Shown here one piece after another: positions 1 to 9,767 of a stretch of DNA of 32,000 bases; position 1 is the stretch's first letter; each line of letters begins with the position of its first letter. The position numbers and the translations under genes were made by a program. The notes beneath the pieces are model-generated. The model searched no databases, was not told where the DNA came from, and saw only the letters and a program-made list of their open reading frames with translations. The stretch covers positions 870,001 through 902,000 of the forward strand of contig NZ_DS995298.1 in assembly GCF_000155895.1 (NCBI RefSeq), written 5' to 3'. The stretch comes from Candidatus Pelagibacter sp. HTCC7211. Lineage in GTDB: Bacteria > Pseudomonadota > Alphaproteobacteria > Pelagibacterales > Pelagibacteraceae.

Positions 1-382
1 TTCCCCAACTTAAAACAAAAATTATTCCTAATATTATATTTATTGAAAATAAAATTCCTACGTATGTTGCAACACCTTTACCTCCTTTAAATTTAAGCCA
101 TATGGGAAAAACATGTCCTAAAAAGGCACATAACGATGCTATATATATAAGTTCTGGATAATTTATTTTGACATAAATAACTGGAATTATTGCCTTAGCT
201 ATATCTAAGATTAATGTAGAATAACCGATTAATTTGTTTCCTGTTCTTAAAGTATTAGTAGCCCCGATATTACCAGATCCAATTTCTCTAATATCTTGTT
301 TTAAGAAAATTTTTGTTAAAATATAACCAAATGGTATTGAACCCATTAGATATGAAATTATTCCAACAATTAAATATTCCAT
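1..382 (-). CDS. plsY: Glycerol-3-phosphate acyltransferase PlsY (C-terminus cut by the window edge)
   Basis: This ORF is not in the supplied track because it runs off the edge. My reverse-strand translation from the ATG at 382..380 gives MEYLIVGIISYLMGSIPFGYILTK...EIGSGNIGATNTLRTGNK...FLGHVFPIWLKFKGGKGVATYVG. These are PlsY/YgiH signature motifs (GSIPFG, SGNxGATN, GGKGVAT). Confidence 0.85.
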   Translation of the reverse strand, partial: MEYLIVGIISYLMGSIPFGYILTKIFLKQDIREIGSGNIGATNTLRTGNKLIGYSTLILDIAKAIIPVIYVKINYPELIYIASLCAFLGHVFPIWLKFKGGKGVATYVGILFSINIILGIIFVLSWG

Positions 383-384
383 TA

Positions 385-1671
385 TTATATTTTAAATAAT
401 TCCTTACCTTTTACAAAGGTATTAGTGACTTTGCCCTGCAATTTTTTATCCTCTATTGACGTATTTTTTGATTTTGAAATTAGATTTTCTTTTTTTACAA
501 TCCAAGGTTTATCTAAATCTATAATACAAAAATCTGCATCATTTCCTATTGTAAGATTTCCTTTGTTTATTCTAAGAATTTTTGCAGGATTTGATGTTAA
601 TGCTTGAATTATGGTTTCAAGTTTAACTGAACCATTATGGTATAATTCTAGGCTTAGTGATAACAACGTTTCAATTCCAGATGCTCCAGTTGCAGCTTGT
701 GAAAAAGTTAATCTTTTCGACTCTTCATCTTCAGGTTTATGATCTGAGACAATTACATCAATAGTTTTGTCTTTTAACCCTTGAACTAATGCTTCTCTAT
801 CTTCCTCTTTTCTAAGCGGTGGTGATAATTTTAAGAAGGTTTTGAAATCACCAATATCATTCTCATTTAATGAAAGATTATTTACTGATACTCCACAAGT
901 GAATTTGATATCATTTTTTCTCTCTTTAATTACTTCAACTGATTTTGCTGATGAAAGTTGAGAAATGTGATATCTACATTTATTTTTCTCGAGTAACGTT
1001 AAGTCTCTTTCAATTATTATTCTTTCTGCAATATCTGGTATACCTGATAACCCAAGTTTTGTTGCAATTATTCCAGAATTAATCATTCCATTTTTAGAAA
1101 GATGATAATCTTCTGCATGTTGCATAATTAAACAATCCAAATCTTTTGCAGAATTCATTATTCTGGACATTAAGCTCGTATTTTGGATTGTTTTGACGCC
1201 ATCAGTGAAGGCTATTATTCCTTTTTTTGCTAATAATCCAAATTCTGTCATGTTGGTCCCTTCGATATTTTGTGTAAGCGATGCACAAGGGAATATATTT
1301 ATTTTAGATTTATCTCTACCTCTTCTTTTTAAGAAATCTACAATTGAAACATTATCTATTATTGGATTAGTATTTGGCATGGTCACAACCGATGTAACTC
1401 CTCCTGATAATGCCGCATTACTTAGGGTTCTAAAATTTTCTTTATATTCATATCCTGGTTCACCCACAAAAACTCTCATATCAACAATACCAGGAATTAA
1501 ATATTTTCCTTTTAAGTCAATAGGTTTTTCTCTGGTGGGTAAATTATTTACATTTACTTTTTTGCCAACAGCTTCAATTTTTCCATCTTCACTGACAATT
1601 AAACCTCCATTCTCATTAATAGAATTATGAGGATCTATAATATTTCCATTTATAAAATATTGTTTTTTCAT
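385..1671 (-). CDS. pyrC: Dihydroorotase-like amidohydrolase, probably the non-catalytic PyrC-prime type
   Basis: The 428-aa ORF has class I DHOase architecture (PGIVD..VGEPG, TMPNTNP, MQHAED, SDHKP). The canonical D-x-H-x-H metal motif reads DMRVF, and further ligand-region His residues are replaced (see finding). It has zero gap to pyrB. Confidence 0.85.
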   Translation of the reverse strand: MKKQYFINGNIIDPHNSINENGGLIVSEDGKIEAVGKKVNVNNLPTREKPIDLKGKYLIPGIVDMRVFVGEPGYEYKENFRTLSNAALSGGVTSVVTMPNTNPIIDNVSIVDFLKRRGRDKSKINIFPCASLTQNIEGTNMTEFGLLAKKGIIAFTDGVKTIQNTSLMSRIMNSAKDLDCLIMQHAEDYHLSKNGMINSGIIATKLGLSGIPDIAERIIIERDLTLLEKNKCRYHISQLSSAKSVEVIKERKNDIKFTCGVSVNNLSLNENDIGDFKTFLKLSPPLRKEEDREALVQGLKDKTIDVIVSDHKPEDEESKRLTFSQAATGASGIETLLSLSLELYHNGSVKLETIIQALTSNPAKILRINKGNLTIGNDADFCIIDLDKPWIVKKENLISKSKNTSIEDKKLQGKVTNTFVKGKELFKI

Positions 1672-2634
1672 TTATTCACAAAATATTTTTAAACATGCCA
1701 TTCTAACAGCCACACCTAGTTCAACTTGTTCTTTAATTACACTTTTATTAATGTCGTCAGCTAATCTTGTATCAATTTCAATCCCTCTATTCATTGGACC
1801 AGGATGCATTATAATTGCATCTTGTTTTGCATGATCTAGCTTGTCTGGTGTTAAGCCATAATATTCATAATATTCTCGATTTGATGATAAAAATGAACTG
1901 GTCATTCTTTCATTTTGAAGTCTTAACATCATCACAATATCGCAATCCTTTAGTCCTTTTTTCATATCGGTAAAAGTATTTACTCCAAATTTTTCTATTT
2001 CTTTAGGCATAAGATTTGATGGTGCTACAATATTTACTTCAGCACCTAACATAGTTAATAAATAAATATTAGATCTAGCTACTCTTGAGTGGAGAATATC
2101 TCCACAAATTGCAATTCTTAATCCTTGAATTTTATCTTTCCTATTAATTATTGTTAAAGCATCAAGTAATGCTTGAGTAGGGTGTTCTCGTCTTCCATCT
2201 CCTGCATTTAGTACCGCACAATTTACTTTTTGTGATAAAAGATTACAAGCACCTGAGTCTTGATGTCTTATTACAATTATGTCTGGGTGCATTGCATTTA
2301 AAGTCATTGCTGTATCAATTAATGTTTCACCTTTTTTAATTGCTGAATTTCCCATATTCATAGACATTACGTCTGCACCTAATCTTTTTCCTGCCAATTC
2401 AAATGAACTTTGTGTTCTAGTCGAGGGTTCAAAAAAAAGATTAATTTGTGTTTTTCCATTTAGAACATTCAATCTTTTGTTCTTACTTTGGTTAAGTTTT
2501 ATGAATTTTTGAGATTCATCTAGAATCAAATTAACATCATTAATTGATAAATCTTGGATGCCTAACAAATGTTTTTGAGAGATTTTAATAGCTTTGTTTG
2601 ATTTAGTTGCCATTAAAATTAACTCTATAGTCAT
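1672..2634 (-). CDS. pyrB: Aspartate carbamoyltransferase catalytic chain
   Basis: 320-aa ORF with the motifs [29 protein letters not shown] and HPGPMNRG. The start could instead be M8 (ATG at 2613). Confidence 0.95.
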   Translation of the reverse strand: MTIELILMATKSNKAIKISQKHLLGIQDLSINDVNLILDESQKFIKLNQSKNKRLNVLNGKTQINLFFEPSTRTQSSFELAGKRLGADVMSMNMGNSAIKKGETLIDTAMTLNAMHPDIIVIRHQDSGACNLLSQKVNCAVLNAGDGRREHPTQALLDALTIINRKDKIQGLRIAICGDILHSRVARSNIYLLTMLGAEVNIVAPSNLMPKEIEKFGVNTFTDMKKGLKDCDIVMMLRLQNERMTSSFLSSNREYYEYYGLTPDKLDHAKQDAIIMHPGPMNRGIEIDTRLADDINKSVIKEQVELGVAVRMACLKIFCE

Positions 2635-2655
2635 AAAGAAGCTTTATGGCAAGCA

Positions 2656-3111
2656 TTAATTGTTTAAAAAATCTATTGCTCCTTGAAGTATGAAAGCTGC
2701 TGCATTTTGATCAATATTTTTTTCCCTTTTACTTACATTTACATCTAGTTGACTAGACAAATTAAATGCTCCAACCGTAGAAAGTCTTTCGTCCCACAGG
2801 CAAACATCAATATCAATTGCCTTGTCTATGTTGTCAGAAACATCATTTACTGATTGAGACGATCTTCCCAATGTTCCATCCATATTGATAGGATTTCCTA
2901 CTACAATTCCTTTAATATCGTATTCCTCAATAATTTTTTTTAGTTCATTAATTAATTCGTTAGTATTTGTCTTATTTATTGTTTTAAAAGGTGTGGCTAT
3001 AGATTGCTTTTCGTCACAAATTGATACACCAATTCTTTTTGAGCCAAGGTCTAATCCAATTAATCTAGAGGTTTCAGACTGCTTTTTTTTTAAATCTTCG
3101 ATAGTGATCAT
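2656..3111 (-). CDS. ruvX: Putative pre-16S rRNA nuclease / Holliday junction resolvase-like YqgF (RuvX)
   Basis: 151 aa. It carries the N-terminal GLDLGSKRIGVSICDE motif, then VVGNPINMDGTLG and WDERLST, all typical of the YqgF/RuvX family. Confidence 0.85.
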   Translation of the reverse strand: MITIEDLKKKQSETSRLIGLDLGSKRIGVSICDEKQSIATPFKTINKTNTNELINELKKIIEEYDIKGIVVGNPINMDGTLGRSSQSVNDVSDNIDKAIDIDVCLWDERLSTVGAFNLSSQLDVNVSKREKNIDQNAAAFILQGAIDFLNN

Positions 3112-3161
3112 ATTGTATATTTTTAACTTAAGTGATAGTTTGCGACATATCTAAATACCAT

Positions 3162-3449
3162 ATGACCATTGATCTTAAAACCATAAAACATATATCAAAA
3201 TTATCAAGAATTTCTGTTGATGAACAAAAAGCCGAAAAACTAGCTGGTGATTTAAACTCAATATTTGAATTTATTGAAAAATTAAATGAACTAAAAACAG
3301 ATAATGTTGAGCCATTGACATCAGTTGCTGAAACGACATTAAAATTTAGATCTGATGAGATTAAAAGTGAAAATATTAGAGAACAAATTATAAAAAATTC
3401 ACCCGAAGATAATGAAGATTTTTTTGTAGTTCCAAAGGTAGTTGAATAA
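3162..3449 (+). CDS. gatC: Asp/Glu-tRNA(Asn/Gln) amidotransferase subunit C
   Basis: The track ORF starts at a GTG (3132). I prefer the ATG at 3162 ([22 protein letters not shown]...), which gives a typical GatC of about 95 aa. Its TAATG junction overlaps gatA by 1 nt. Confidence 0.85.
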   Translation: MTIDLKTIKHISKLSRISVDEQKAEKLAGDLNSIFEFIEKLNELKTDNVEPLTSVAETTLKFRSDEIKSENIREQIIKNSPEDNEDFFVVPKVVE

Positions 3450-4906
3450 TGCCCAACATAACCAATCAATCATTAACATCTTTAGTAGATAATATTAAAA
3501 ATAAAGAATTATCTTCAGAGGAAGTTACCAAAGCATTTATAGACCGTTCAGAAAAATCAAAAGAATTAAATTCTTATATTTCCGAGGATTTTTCTAATGC
3601 AATTGATAAAGCTAAAAAATTTGATCAAAACCCTAATTTTGATTTAAAATTACCAGGCATACCTATGGCTGTAAAAGATCTATTTTGTACTGAAAATGTT
3701 CGAACTACTGCTGGTAGTAAAATTTTAGAAAATTTTGTTCCAACTTATGAGTCCACTGTTACTCAAAATATATGGAATGAGGGTGCTATTTTACTTGGTA
3801 AATTAAATTGTGATGAATTTGCGATGGGATCATCAAATGAAACAAGTTATTATGGAAATGTTCAAAATCCAATAGACAAAGGATTAGTACCAGGTGGTTC
3901 ATCTGGCGGCTCAGCAGCAGCTGTATCAGGCCAACTTACGCCTATTACAATTGGAACTGATACAGGTGGATCTATTAGACAACCAGCATCATTTACTGGA
4001 ACTGTAGGTTTAAAACCAACTTATGGAAGTTGCTCCAGATATGGAATTGTTGCTTTTGCCTCATCTTTAGATCAAGCAGGACCTATGGCTCAAAATGTCA
4101 AAGATTGTGCATTGCTACAAGAAGTTATCAGCACTTATGATAAAAAAGATTCTACATCAATAGACTTTAAAAGAAATCAATATAGCAAAGAATTAAACAA
4201 AGATATTAAAGGAAAAAAAATAGGTATTCCTAAAGAATACAGAGTAGATGGTATGCCAAAGGAAATAGAAGATTTATGGCAAAAGGGAATTCAATACGCA
4301 AAAGATTGTGGTGCTGAAATAATAGATATTTCTCTTCCTAACACTAGTTATGCTTTGCCTACATATTATATAGTGGCTCCTGCAGAAGCTTCATCAAATT
4401 TAGCAAGATATGATGGTGTAAAGTATGGCTTTAGAGCTAAGGGTGAAAATTTAATTGATATGTATGAAAAAACTAGATCCGAAGGTTTTGGTGCTGAAGT
4501 TCAAAGAAGAATAATGATCGGTACATACGTTTTATCATCAGGATATTATGATGCTTATTATTTAAAAGCTCAAAAAGTTAGAAAATTAATTAAAAATGAT
4601 TTTGATGAAGCGTATAAACAAGTAGATGCAATCCTAACACCATCAACACCTAGCTCAGCTTTTAAAATAGGTGAAAAAAAAGATGATCCAGTTTCAATGT
4701 ATTTAAATGATATATTTACAGTTCCAGTAAATCTAGCTGGACTACCAGCTATTTCTATTCCTGCAGGTCATGACGCAGCAGGCTATCCACTTGGATTACA
4801 AATAATTGGAAAAGCTTTTAAAGAGCAAGAAATATTAGATGTTGCCTATGCAATGGAAGAAAAAATTGGTTTTAAAAATAAGATTACTGATTGGTGGATT
4901 AAATAA
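3449..4906 (+). CDS. gatA: Asp/Glu-tRNA(Asn/Gln) amidotransferase subunit A
   Basis: 485 aa with the amidase signature [11 protein letters not shown]...[14 protein letters not shown]. It sits between gatC and gatB. Confidence 0.96.
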   Translation: MPNITNQSLTSLVDNIKNKELSSEEVTKAFIDRSEKSKELNSYISEDFSNAIDKAKKFDQNPNFDLKLPGIPMAVKDLFCTENVRTTAGSKILENFVPTYESTVTQNIWNEGAILLGKLNCDEFAMGSSNETSYYGNVQNPIDKGLVPGGSSGGSAAAVSGQLTPITIGTDTGGSIRQPASFTGTVGLKPTYGSCSRYGIVAFASSLDQAGPMAQNVKDCALLQEVISTYDKKDSTSIDFKRNQYSKELNKDIKGKKIGIPKEYRVDGMPKEIEDLWQKGIQYAKDCGAEIIDISLPNTSYALPTYYIVAPAEASSNLARYDGVKYGFRAKGENLIDMYEKTRSEGFGAEVQRRIMIGTYVLSSGYYDAYYLKAQKVRKLIKNDFDEAYKQVDAILTPSTPSSAFKIGEKKDDPVSMYLNDIFTVPVNLAGLPAISIPAGHDAAGYPLGLQIIGKAFKEQEILDVAYAMEEKIGFKNKITDWWIK

Positions 4907-6381
4907 TGACCAAAGATAAATCTAAATATTTGATTGAAAGATATGACAATGTTTATGAGGTTGTTATTGGTTTAGAAGTTCACGCACAAGTAACTTCTAA
5001 TTCTAAGTTATTTTCATCATCATCTACTAAATTTGGTGCAGAGCCTAATACACAAGTTAGTTTAGTTGATGCTGCTTTTCCTGGAATGTTGCCTGTGATT
5101 AATGAATTTTGTGTCAAACAAGCAATTAAAACTGGAATTGGTTTAAAAGCCCAAATTAACAAAAGATCAGTATTTGATAGAAAAAATTATTTTTATGCAG
5201 ATCTACCTCAAGGTTATCAAATATCCCAATTTAAGTATCCAATCGTAGGTGAGGGTAAAGTTGTGCTAGATATGCCCAATGGACAAAAAGAAGTTGGTAT
5301 AGAAAGACTTCATTTAGAACAAGATGCTGGAAAAAGTATTCATGATATTGATCCTCAAAATACATTAGTTGATTTAAATAGATCAGGCGTAGCTTTAATG
5401 GAAATAGTGAGTAAACCTGATTTGAGATCACCCGATGAAGTTAGTGCATATATTAAAAAACTTAGATCTATAATGAGATATTTAGGCACATGCGATGGTA
5501 ACATGCAAGAAGGTTCTTTAAGAGCAGATGTAAACGTTTCTGTAAGATTAAAAGACTCTAAAGAACTTGGAACACGTTGTGAGATTAAAAATGTTAATTC
5601 TATTAAGTTCATGCAAATGGCAATTGACTATGAAGCTAATAGACAAGTTGATTTAATTGAAGAGGGTAAATCAATTGATCAAGAAACTAGATTATTTGAT
5701 ACAAAAAAAAATGAAACAAGATCAATGAGATCAAAAGAAGATGCTCATGATTATAGATATTTTCCAGATCCAGATTTATTACCATTAGAAGTTACTGATG
5801 AATTCATAGAGAATCTTAAAAAAGATATCCCAGAACTACCAGACGATAAAAAGAAAAGATTTATTGATGAATTCAAAGTTTCTCCTTATGAAGCAACAAT
5901 ATTAGTTTCTGATATTGATACTGCTAAATATTTTGAAGAAGTCGTAGCTAAGATGGGTAAAAACCAAGACATTAAATTAGCTGTTAACTGGATAACAGGG
6001 GAGTTATTCGCAGTTTTAAACAATAAAAATCTTGAGATTTCTCAAAGCCCTATAAGTGCCAAAAATTTAGCAAAGCTAGTTAATTTAATTAAAAACGGAA
6101 CGATTTCAGGTAAAATTGCTAAGACAATATTTGAGTTGATGATGGATGGAGATAAAGATCCACAAATCATTGTTGAAGAAAAAGGATTAAAACAAGAAAG
6201 TGACCCTAAAGCCCTGGAAGCTTTAATAGATAAAATTATCGACGATAATAGAGAGAAAGCCATTGAATATAAAAATGGAAAAGAAAAACTATTTGGTTTC
6301 TTTGTAGGTCAAGCAATGAAAGTTTCAGGTGGAAAAGCTAACCCTCAATTGATAAACGAGATATTAAAGAAAAAGCTTTAA
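4906..6381 (+). CDS. gatB: Asp/Glu-tRNA(Asn/Gln) amidotransferase subunit B
   Basis: 491 aa with [35 protein letters not shown] and a C-terminal YqeY-like tail ([14 protein letters not shown]). A TAATG overlap joins it to gatA. Confidence 0.96.
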   Translation: MTKDKSKYLIERYDNVYEVVIGLEVHAQVTSNSKLFSSSSTKFGAEPNTQVSLVDAAFPGMLPVINEFCVKQAIKTGIGLKAQINKRSVFDRKNYFYADLPQGYQISQFKYPIVGEGKVVLDMPNGQKEVGIERLHLEQDAGKSIHDIDPQNTLVDLNRSGVALMEIVSKPDLRSPDEVSAYIKKLRSIMRYLGTCDGNMQEGSLRADVNVSVRLKDSKELGTRCEIKNVNSIKFMQMAIDYEANRQVDLIEEGKSIDQETRLFDTKKNETRSMRSKEDAHDYRYFPDPDLLPLEVTDEFIENLKKDIPELPDDKKKRFIDEFKVSPYEATILVSDIDTAKYFEEVVAKMGKNQDIKLAVNWITGELFAVLNNKNLEISQSPISAKNLAKLVNLIKNGTISGKIAKTIFELMMDGDKDPQIIVEEKGLKQESDPKALEALIDKIIDDNREKAIEYKNGKEKLFGFFVGQAMKVSGGKANPQLINEILKKKL

Positions 6382-6385
6382 TAAG

Positions 6386-7036
6386 ATGGGTGCAAACCTA
6401 GAAATAACAAAAAAATTACAAAATTATATTAACGATTTTGGTTTAAAATTACACCCAGTTCAACAAGAAATAATTGATTATAATAATACACTAGGTGATA
6501 TCAAGAGGATGCAAGTTGATCCATCCCAATGTCATTTTTTTCATTTAATTATAAAGATCACAAATATTAAAAATGTACTAGAAATTGGAACCTTTACAGG
6601 ACTTAGCGCACTTTCAATTTTACTTGCTCTACCTGATAACGGAAAACTTATAACACTCGATAAAAATGAAGAAACAAATAAGGTTGCTTTAAATTTTTTT
6701 AAAAAAGCCAAACAAGATCATAAAATTAAAACAATAATAAAGCCAGCTCTTGAAAGTTTAAATGAACTAAAAAATACTAAATTTGATATGGTTTTTATTG
6801 ATGCGGATAAGATGAATTATAAAGAATATTATGAAAGATCATTAAAGTTAATTAACAAGAATGGGTTAATAATTATTGATAATGTCTTATGGCATGGTGA
6901 AGTAGCAGATGAAGATAATCTAGATAAATATACAGTGAATATTAGAGAATTTAATAATCATGTATCTAACGATAAGAGAGTAGAGCAAATTATAGTACCT
7001 TTGGGGGATGGGATGACTATCTGTAGAGTTTTATAA
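6386..7036 (+). CDS. Class I SAM-dependent O-methyltransferase, family 3 (catechol/caffeoyl-CoA OMT-like; possible TrmR-like tRNA ho5U methyltransferase)
   Basis: 216 aa with the SAM motif VLEIGTFTGLSAL and the metal-site-type motifs FIDADKMNY and IIDNVLWHG. The C-terminal PLGDGMTICRVL is typical of PF01596-type OMTs. It starts 4 nt after gatB and overlaps trhO by 1 nt. Confidence 0.8.
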   Translation: MGANLEITKKLQNYINDFGLKLHPVQQEIIDYNNTLGDIKRMQVDPSQCHFFHLIIKITNIKNVLEIGTFTGLSALSILLALPDNGKLITLDKNEETNKVALNFFKKAKQDHKIKTIIKPALESLNELKNTKFDMVFIDADKMNYKEYYERSLKLINKNGLIIIDNVLWHGEVADEDNLDKYTVNIREFNNHVSNDKRVEQIIVPLGDGMTICRVL

Positions 7037-7944
7037 TGTTTGAAGTATTAGGATTTTATAAATTTATAAAAATAAAATCATTAAAAAAAAATAAAGTTTT
7101 ACTCCAAGATTTTTTAATAAATAAAAAGATTAGAGGAACTATTATTATTGCTCACGAAGGTATTAACGGATCTATATCTGGAAAATTAAAAGATATAAAA
7201 AGTACTATTCATAGATTAAAAAAAATGTTTTCTTTTAAAGAATTCGATAACAGCAATAACTCTAAAAGTTCATTTCAGCCATTCCATAAACCTAAAGTTA
7301 AAGTTAAAAAAGAAGTTGTGCCAATGAATTTAATTTTAAATTCTAAAGAAAGAAATTTAGAAACTCATTTAAATCCAAATGAATGGAATAAATTAATCAA
7401 AAAAAAAGATACTCACATAATAGATACAAGAAAACATTTTGAATATAATGTAGGAACATTTAAAAAATCAGTAAATCCTAATGTTAAAAATTTTAGGGAT
7501 TTTCCAAAATATTTAAATAAATTAAAAAAAGATAAACCTGTAGCTATGTTTTGTACTGGCGGTATTCGATGTGAAAAAACATCAGTATATTTAAAGAAAA
7601 AGGGCTTTAAAAATATCTATCAATTGAATGGTGGTATTTTAAATTATCTTAAAAAGATCAAGAAGAAAGATAGCATGTGGAAAGGTGAGTGTTTTGTTTT
7701 TGATAACAGAATTAGTCTCAAGCATGGTCTTAAAGTAGGAAGTTATTTTATGTGCAGTGGATGTAGAAAGCCAATTAACTCTAAAGATAAAAAATCTAAA
7801 AAATATGAGGAGGGTGTTTCATGTCCAAATTGTCACGATAATTTAACAGAAATTCAAAAAGAACGATTTAGAATGAGACAAAAACAAATAAATCTTGCTA
7901 AAAAGACTGGTTCAAAGCATATATTCCAAAAAGAATTTAAATAG
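7036..7944 (+). CDS. trhO: Rhodanese-domain tRNA uridine(34) hydroxylase (UPF0176 / YceA / TrhO family)
   Basis: 302 aa with N-terminal GFYKF...IRGTIIIAHEGINGSISG, the rhodanese active-site loop FCTGGIRCEK, and C-terminal CxxC...CxxC (CSGC...CPNC). Confidence 0.85.
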   Translation: MFEVLGFYKFIKIKSLKKNKVLLQDFLINKKIRGTIIIAHEGINGSISGKLKDIKSTIHRLKKMFSFKEFDNSNNSKSSFQPFHKPKVKVKKEVVPMNLILNSKERNLETHLNPNEWNKLIKKKDTHIIDTRKHFEYNVGTFKKSVNPNVKNFRDFPKYLNKLKKDKPVAMFCTGGIRCEKTSVYLKKKGFKNIYQLNGGILNYLKKIKKKDSMWKGECFVFDNRISLKHGLKVGSYFMCSGCRKPINSKDKKSKKYEEGVSCPNCHDNLTEIQKERFRMRQKQINLAKKTGSKHIFQKEFK

Positions 7945-9322
7945 AAATAAATTGTCAAAAAAAATAAATTTAACAAAAGATCCTATCTGGGATCTCTTAA
8001 GAAAAGTAACAATACCTGCAAGTGTAGGATCGTTATTCCAAACGTTTTATAATTTAGTTGATACTTGGTTTGCAGGTAAAATATCTGCTGAAGCTATAGG
8101 AGCAATCGCTAAGTCATTTCCAATATATTTTACAATTATTGCAGTTGGCGTTGGTATAGGGGCTGCAACAAATTCAATAATTGGAAATTCTATAGGTGAA
8201 AAAAAAGAACGTATAGCTTCAATGTATATTGCTCAATCGTTAATTTTTGCTTTATTCATCTCTATATTGGTAACTCTTTTTGGTCTGAATGCTTCAAATT
8301 TTTTACTAGGCATTATGGGTTCTGATATTTCAGGGATAGCACTTACTCGGGAATATCTAGATATTATTTTTTATGGAACATTTATTGTACTTATACAAAT
8401 ATCTTTAAATGGCACTCTCAATGCTCAAGGGGATACTAGGAGTTATAGAAATGTATTAATTTTTAGTTTCTTTTTAAATATTTTTTTAAACCCATTATTT
8501 ATATGGGGTTATGGCTTTATACCAGGATTTGGGATCGCAGGTCTTGCGATTGCCACTGTTATATCTCAGTTATTAGGTACAATATATTTGGCCTACAAAG
8601 TTAATCAATGCAAAATAAGAAAATATTTAAAACTAGTATGCTTTATTCCTAAATTTGATTATTTAAATGCATTAACAAAACAATCCATCCCAGTAATGTT
8701 TAGCATGCTGTTTATTGGTGTTGGAATTTTTAATATTTTATATTTTATAGGTAAATTTGGAGATTTAGCTACAGCAGGATATGGTGCAGCTTTAAGAGTT
8801 GAACAAGTTTTTTTATTACCAGTAATTGGCTTAAATACAGCAGTACTATCTATTGGCGGACAAAATTTTGGTGCAAAAGAATATAATAGAATTAGAGAGC
8901 TTTATTCAAAGGCTCTTTTATTTGGATCATCATTTATGGTTGCAGCAGGTATAATATTATTTTTTGGTGCAGAATTTTTTGTCTCACAATTTACAGATAA
9001 TCCAGAGGCTATTATTTATGGTGCGATATATCTTAAGATTGCAGCTTTAATTGGCCCAATTTACCCAGTATTCTTTATTACAACCGCTGTGTTTCAAGCA
9101 TTAAAGAGACCTATATACAGTTTGTATTTAAGTATTTTACGATTAACAGCATTTCCATTTCTTTCTTTGTGGTATGTTATTAACATAAGAGGTGGTGATT
9201 ATACTGATATATTTTATACAATAATGGCTACTAATTGGGTAATGGGTATTGCTCTAATCATATTCATTGGATATTTCTTAAACAATGTATTTAAGCAAAA
9301 GAAAAGTCATTTTAGTTACTAG
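7895..9322 (+). CDS. MATE family efflux transporter
   Basis: 475 aa, polytopic, with the typical MATE N-terminus (IPASVGSLFQTFYNLVDTWFAGKIS). Two homologous halves each contain a NAQGD/GQNFGA-type loop. The start is uncertain: only TTG codons (7895 or 7952) precede the conserved N-terminus. Confidence 0.85.
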   Translation: MLKRLVQSIYSKKNLNRNKLSKKINLTKDPIWDLLRKVTIPASVGSLFQTFYNLVDTWFAGKISAEAIGAIAKSFPIYFTIIAVGVGIGAATNSIIGNSIGEKKERIASMYIAQSLIFALFISILVTLFGLNASNFLLGIMGSDISGIALTREYLDIIFYGTFIVLIQISLNGTLNAQGDTRSYRNVLIFSFFLNIFLNPLFIWGYGFIPGFGIAGLAIATVISQLLGTIYLAYKVNQCKIRKYLKLVCFIPKFDYLNALTKQSIPVMFSMLFIGVGIFNILYFIGKFGDLATAGYGAALRVEQVFLLPVIGLNTAVLSIGGQNFGAKEYNRIRELYSKALLFGSSFMVAAGIILFFGAEFFVSQFTDNPEAIIYGAIYLKIAALIGPIYPVFFITTAVFQALKRPIYSLYLSILRLTAFPFLSLWYVINIRGGDYTDIFYTIMATNWVMGIALIIFIGYFLNNVFKQKKSHFSY

Positions 9323-9764
9323 TATTTCAGTATTAGTATTTTTTTTTACTTACACTGATATCAAATCACAAGATATTAGAATAACAGATGGTGATACTAT
9401 TAAATTAAATGGAGATAATATTAGATTTAGTGGCATAGATACTCCAGAGTTAAAACAAACATGTATTAAAAATGACATAAAAATCTTATGTGGATTAAAT
9501 GCTAAAAGAATCCTTGTTGATAAAATTGGAAATAACAAAGTGACTTGTGTAAAAGAAGGTAAAGATCGATACAAAAGAATACTAGCAGAATGTTTTGTTA
9601 ATAATGAGAGTTTATCAAGTTATTTAGTTCGAAGTGGTTATGCATTTGCTTATAGAAAATACTCTAAAAAATTTATATCTGATGAAGAATTTGCTAAATC
9701 TAATAAACTTGGAATGTGGTCAATGGAATTTGACTATCCATGGGATTGGAGAAAAAAAAATTAA
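9285..9764 (+). CDS. Secreted/periplasmic staphylococcal-nuclease-like (SNase/thermonuclease) protein
   Basis: 159 aa with an N-terminal hydrophobic signal or anchor (VILVTSISVLVFFFTY). SNase motifs are present: DGDTIKL, RFSGIDTPE, DRYKRILAECF, YLVRSGYAFAY and KLGMW. The ATG at 9285 overlaps the MATE gene by 38 nt. Confidence 0.8.
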   Translation: MYLSKRKVILVTSISVLVFFFTYTDIKSQDIRITDGDTIKLNGDNIRFSGIDTPELKQTCIKNDIKILCGLNAKRILVDKIGNNKVTCVKEGKDRYKRILAECFVNNESLSSYLVRSGYAFAYRKYSKKFISDEEFAKSNKLGMWSMEFDYPWDWRKKN

Positions 9765-9767
9765 TAT

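Noticed and set aside
1193-1630. 145-aa ORF on the + strand, antisense to the dihydroorotase-like gene
   Set aside because: It is entirely nested antisense within a well-supported CDS. Its product is S/L/F/P/T-rich low-information sequence typical of antisense translation, with no recognisable motif. The other short antisense ORFs in the track were treated the same way (425..607, 2279..2512, 2885..3154, 4980..5162, 13565..14110, 15712..15921 and others).
3132-3161. GTG start at 3132 for gatC, as given in the ORF track
   Set aside because: An ATG at 3162 gives a typical GatC length and N-terminus (MTIDLKTI...). The upstream extension (MIVCDISKYH) has no counterpart in GatC proteins as I know them.
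3128-3469. 113-aa minus-strand ORF covering all of gatC
   Set aside because: It is antisense to a conserved gatC that is translationally coupled to gatA. Its composition is Ser/Phe-rich and no family resemblance is evident.
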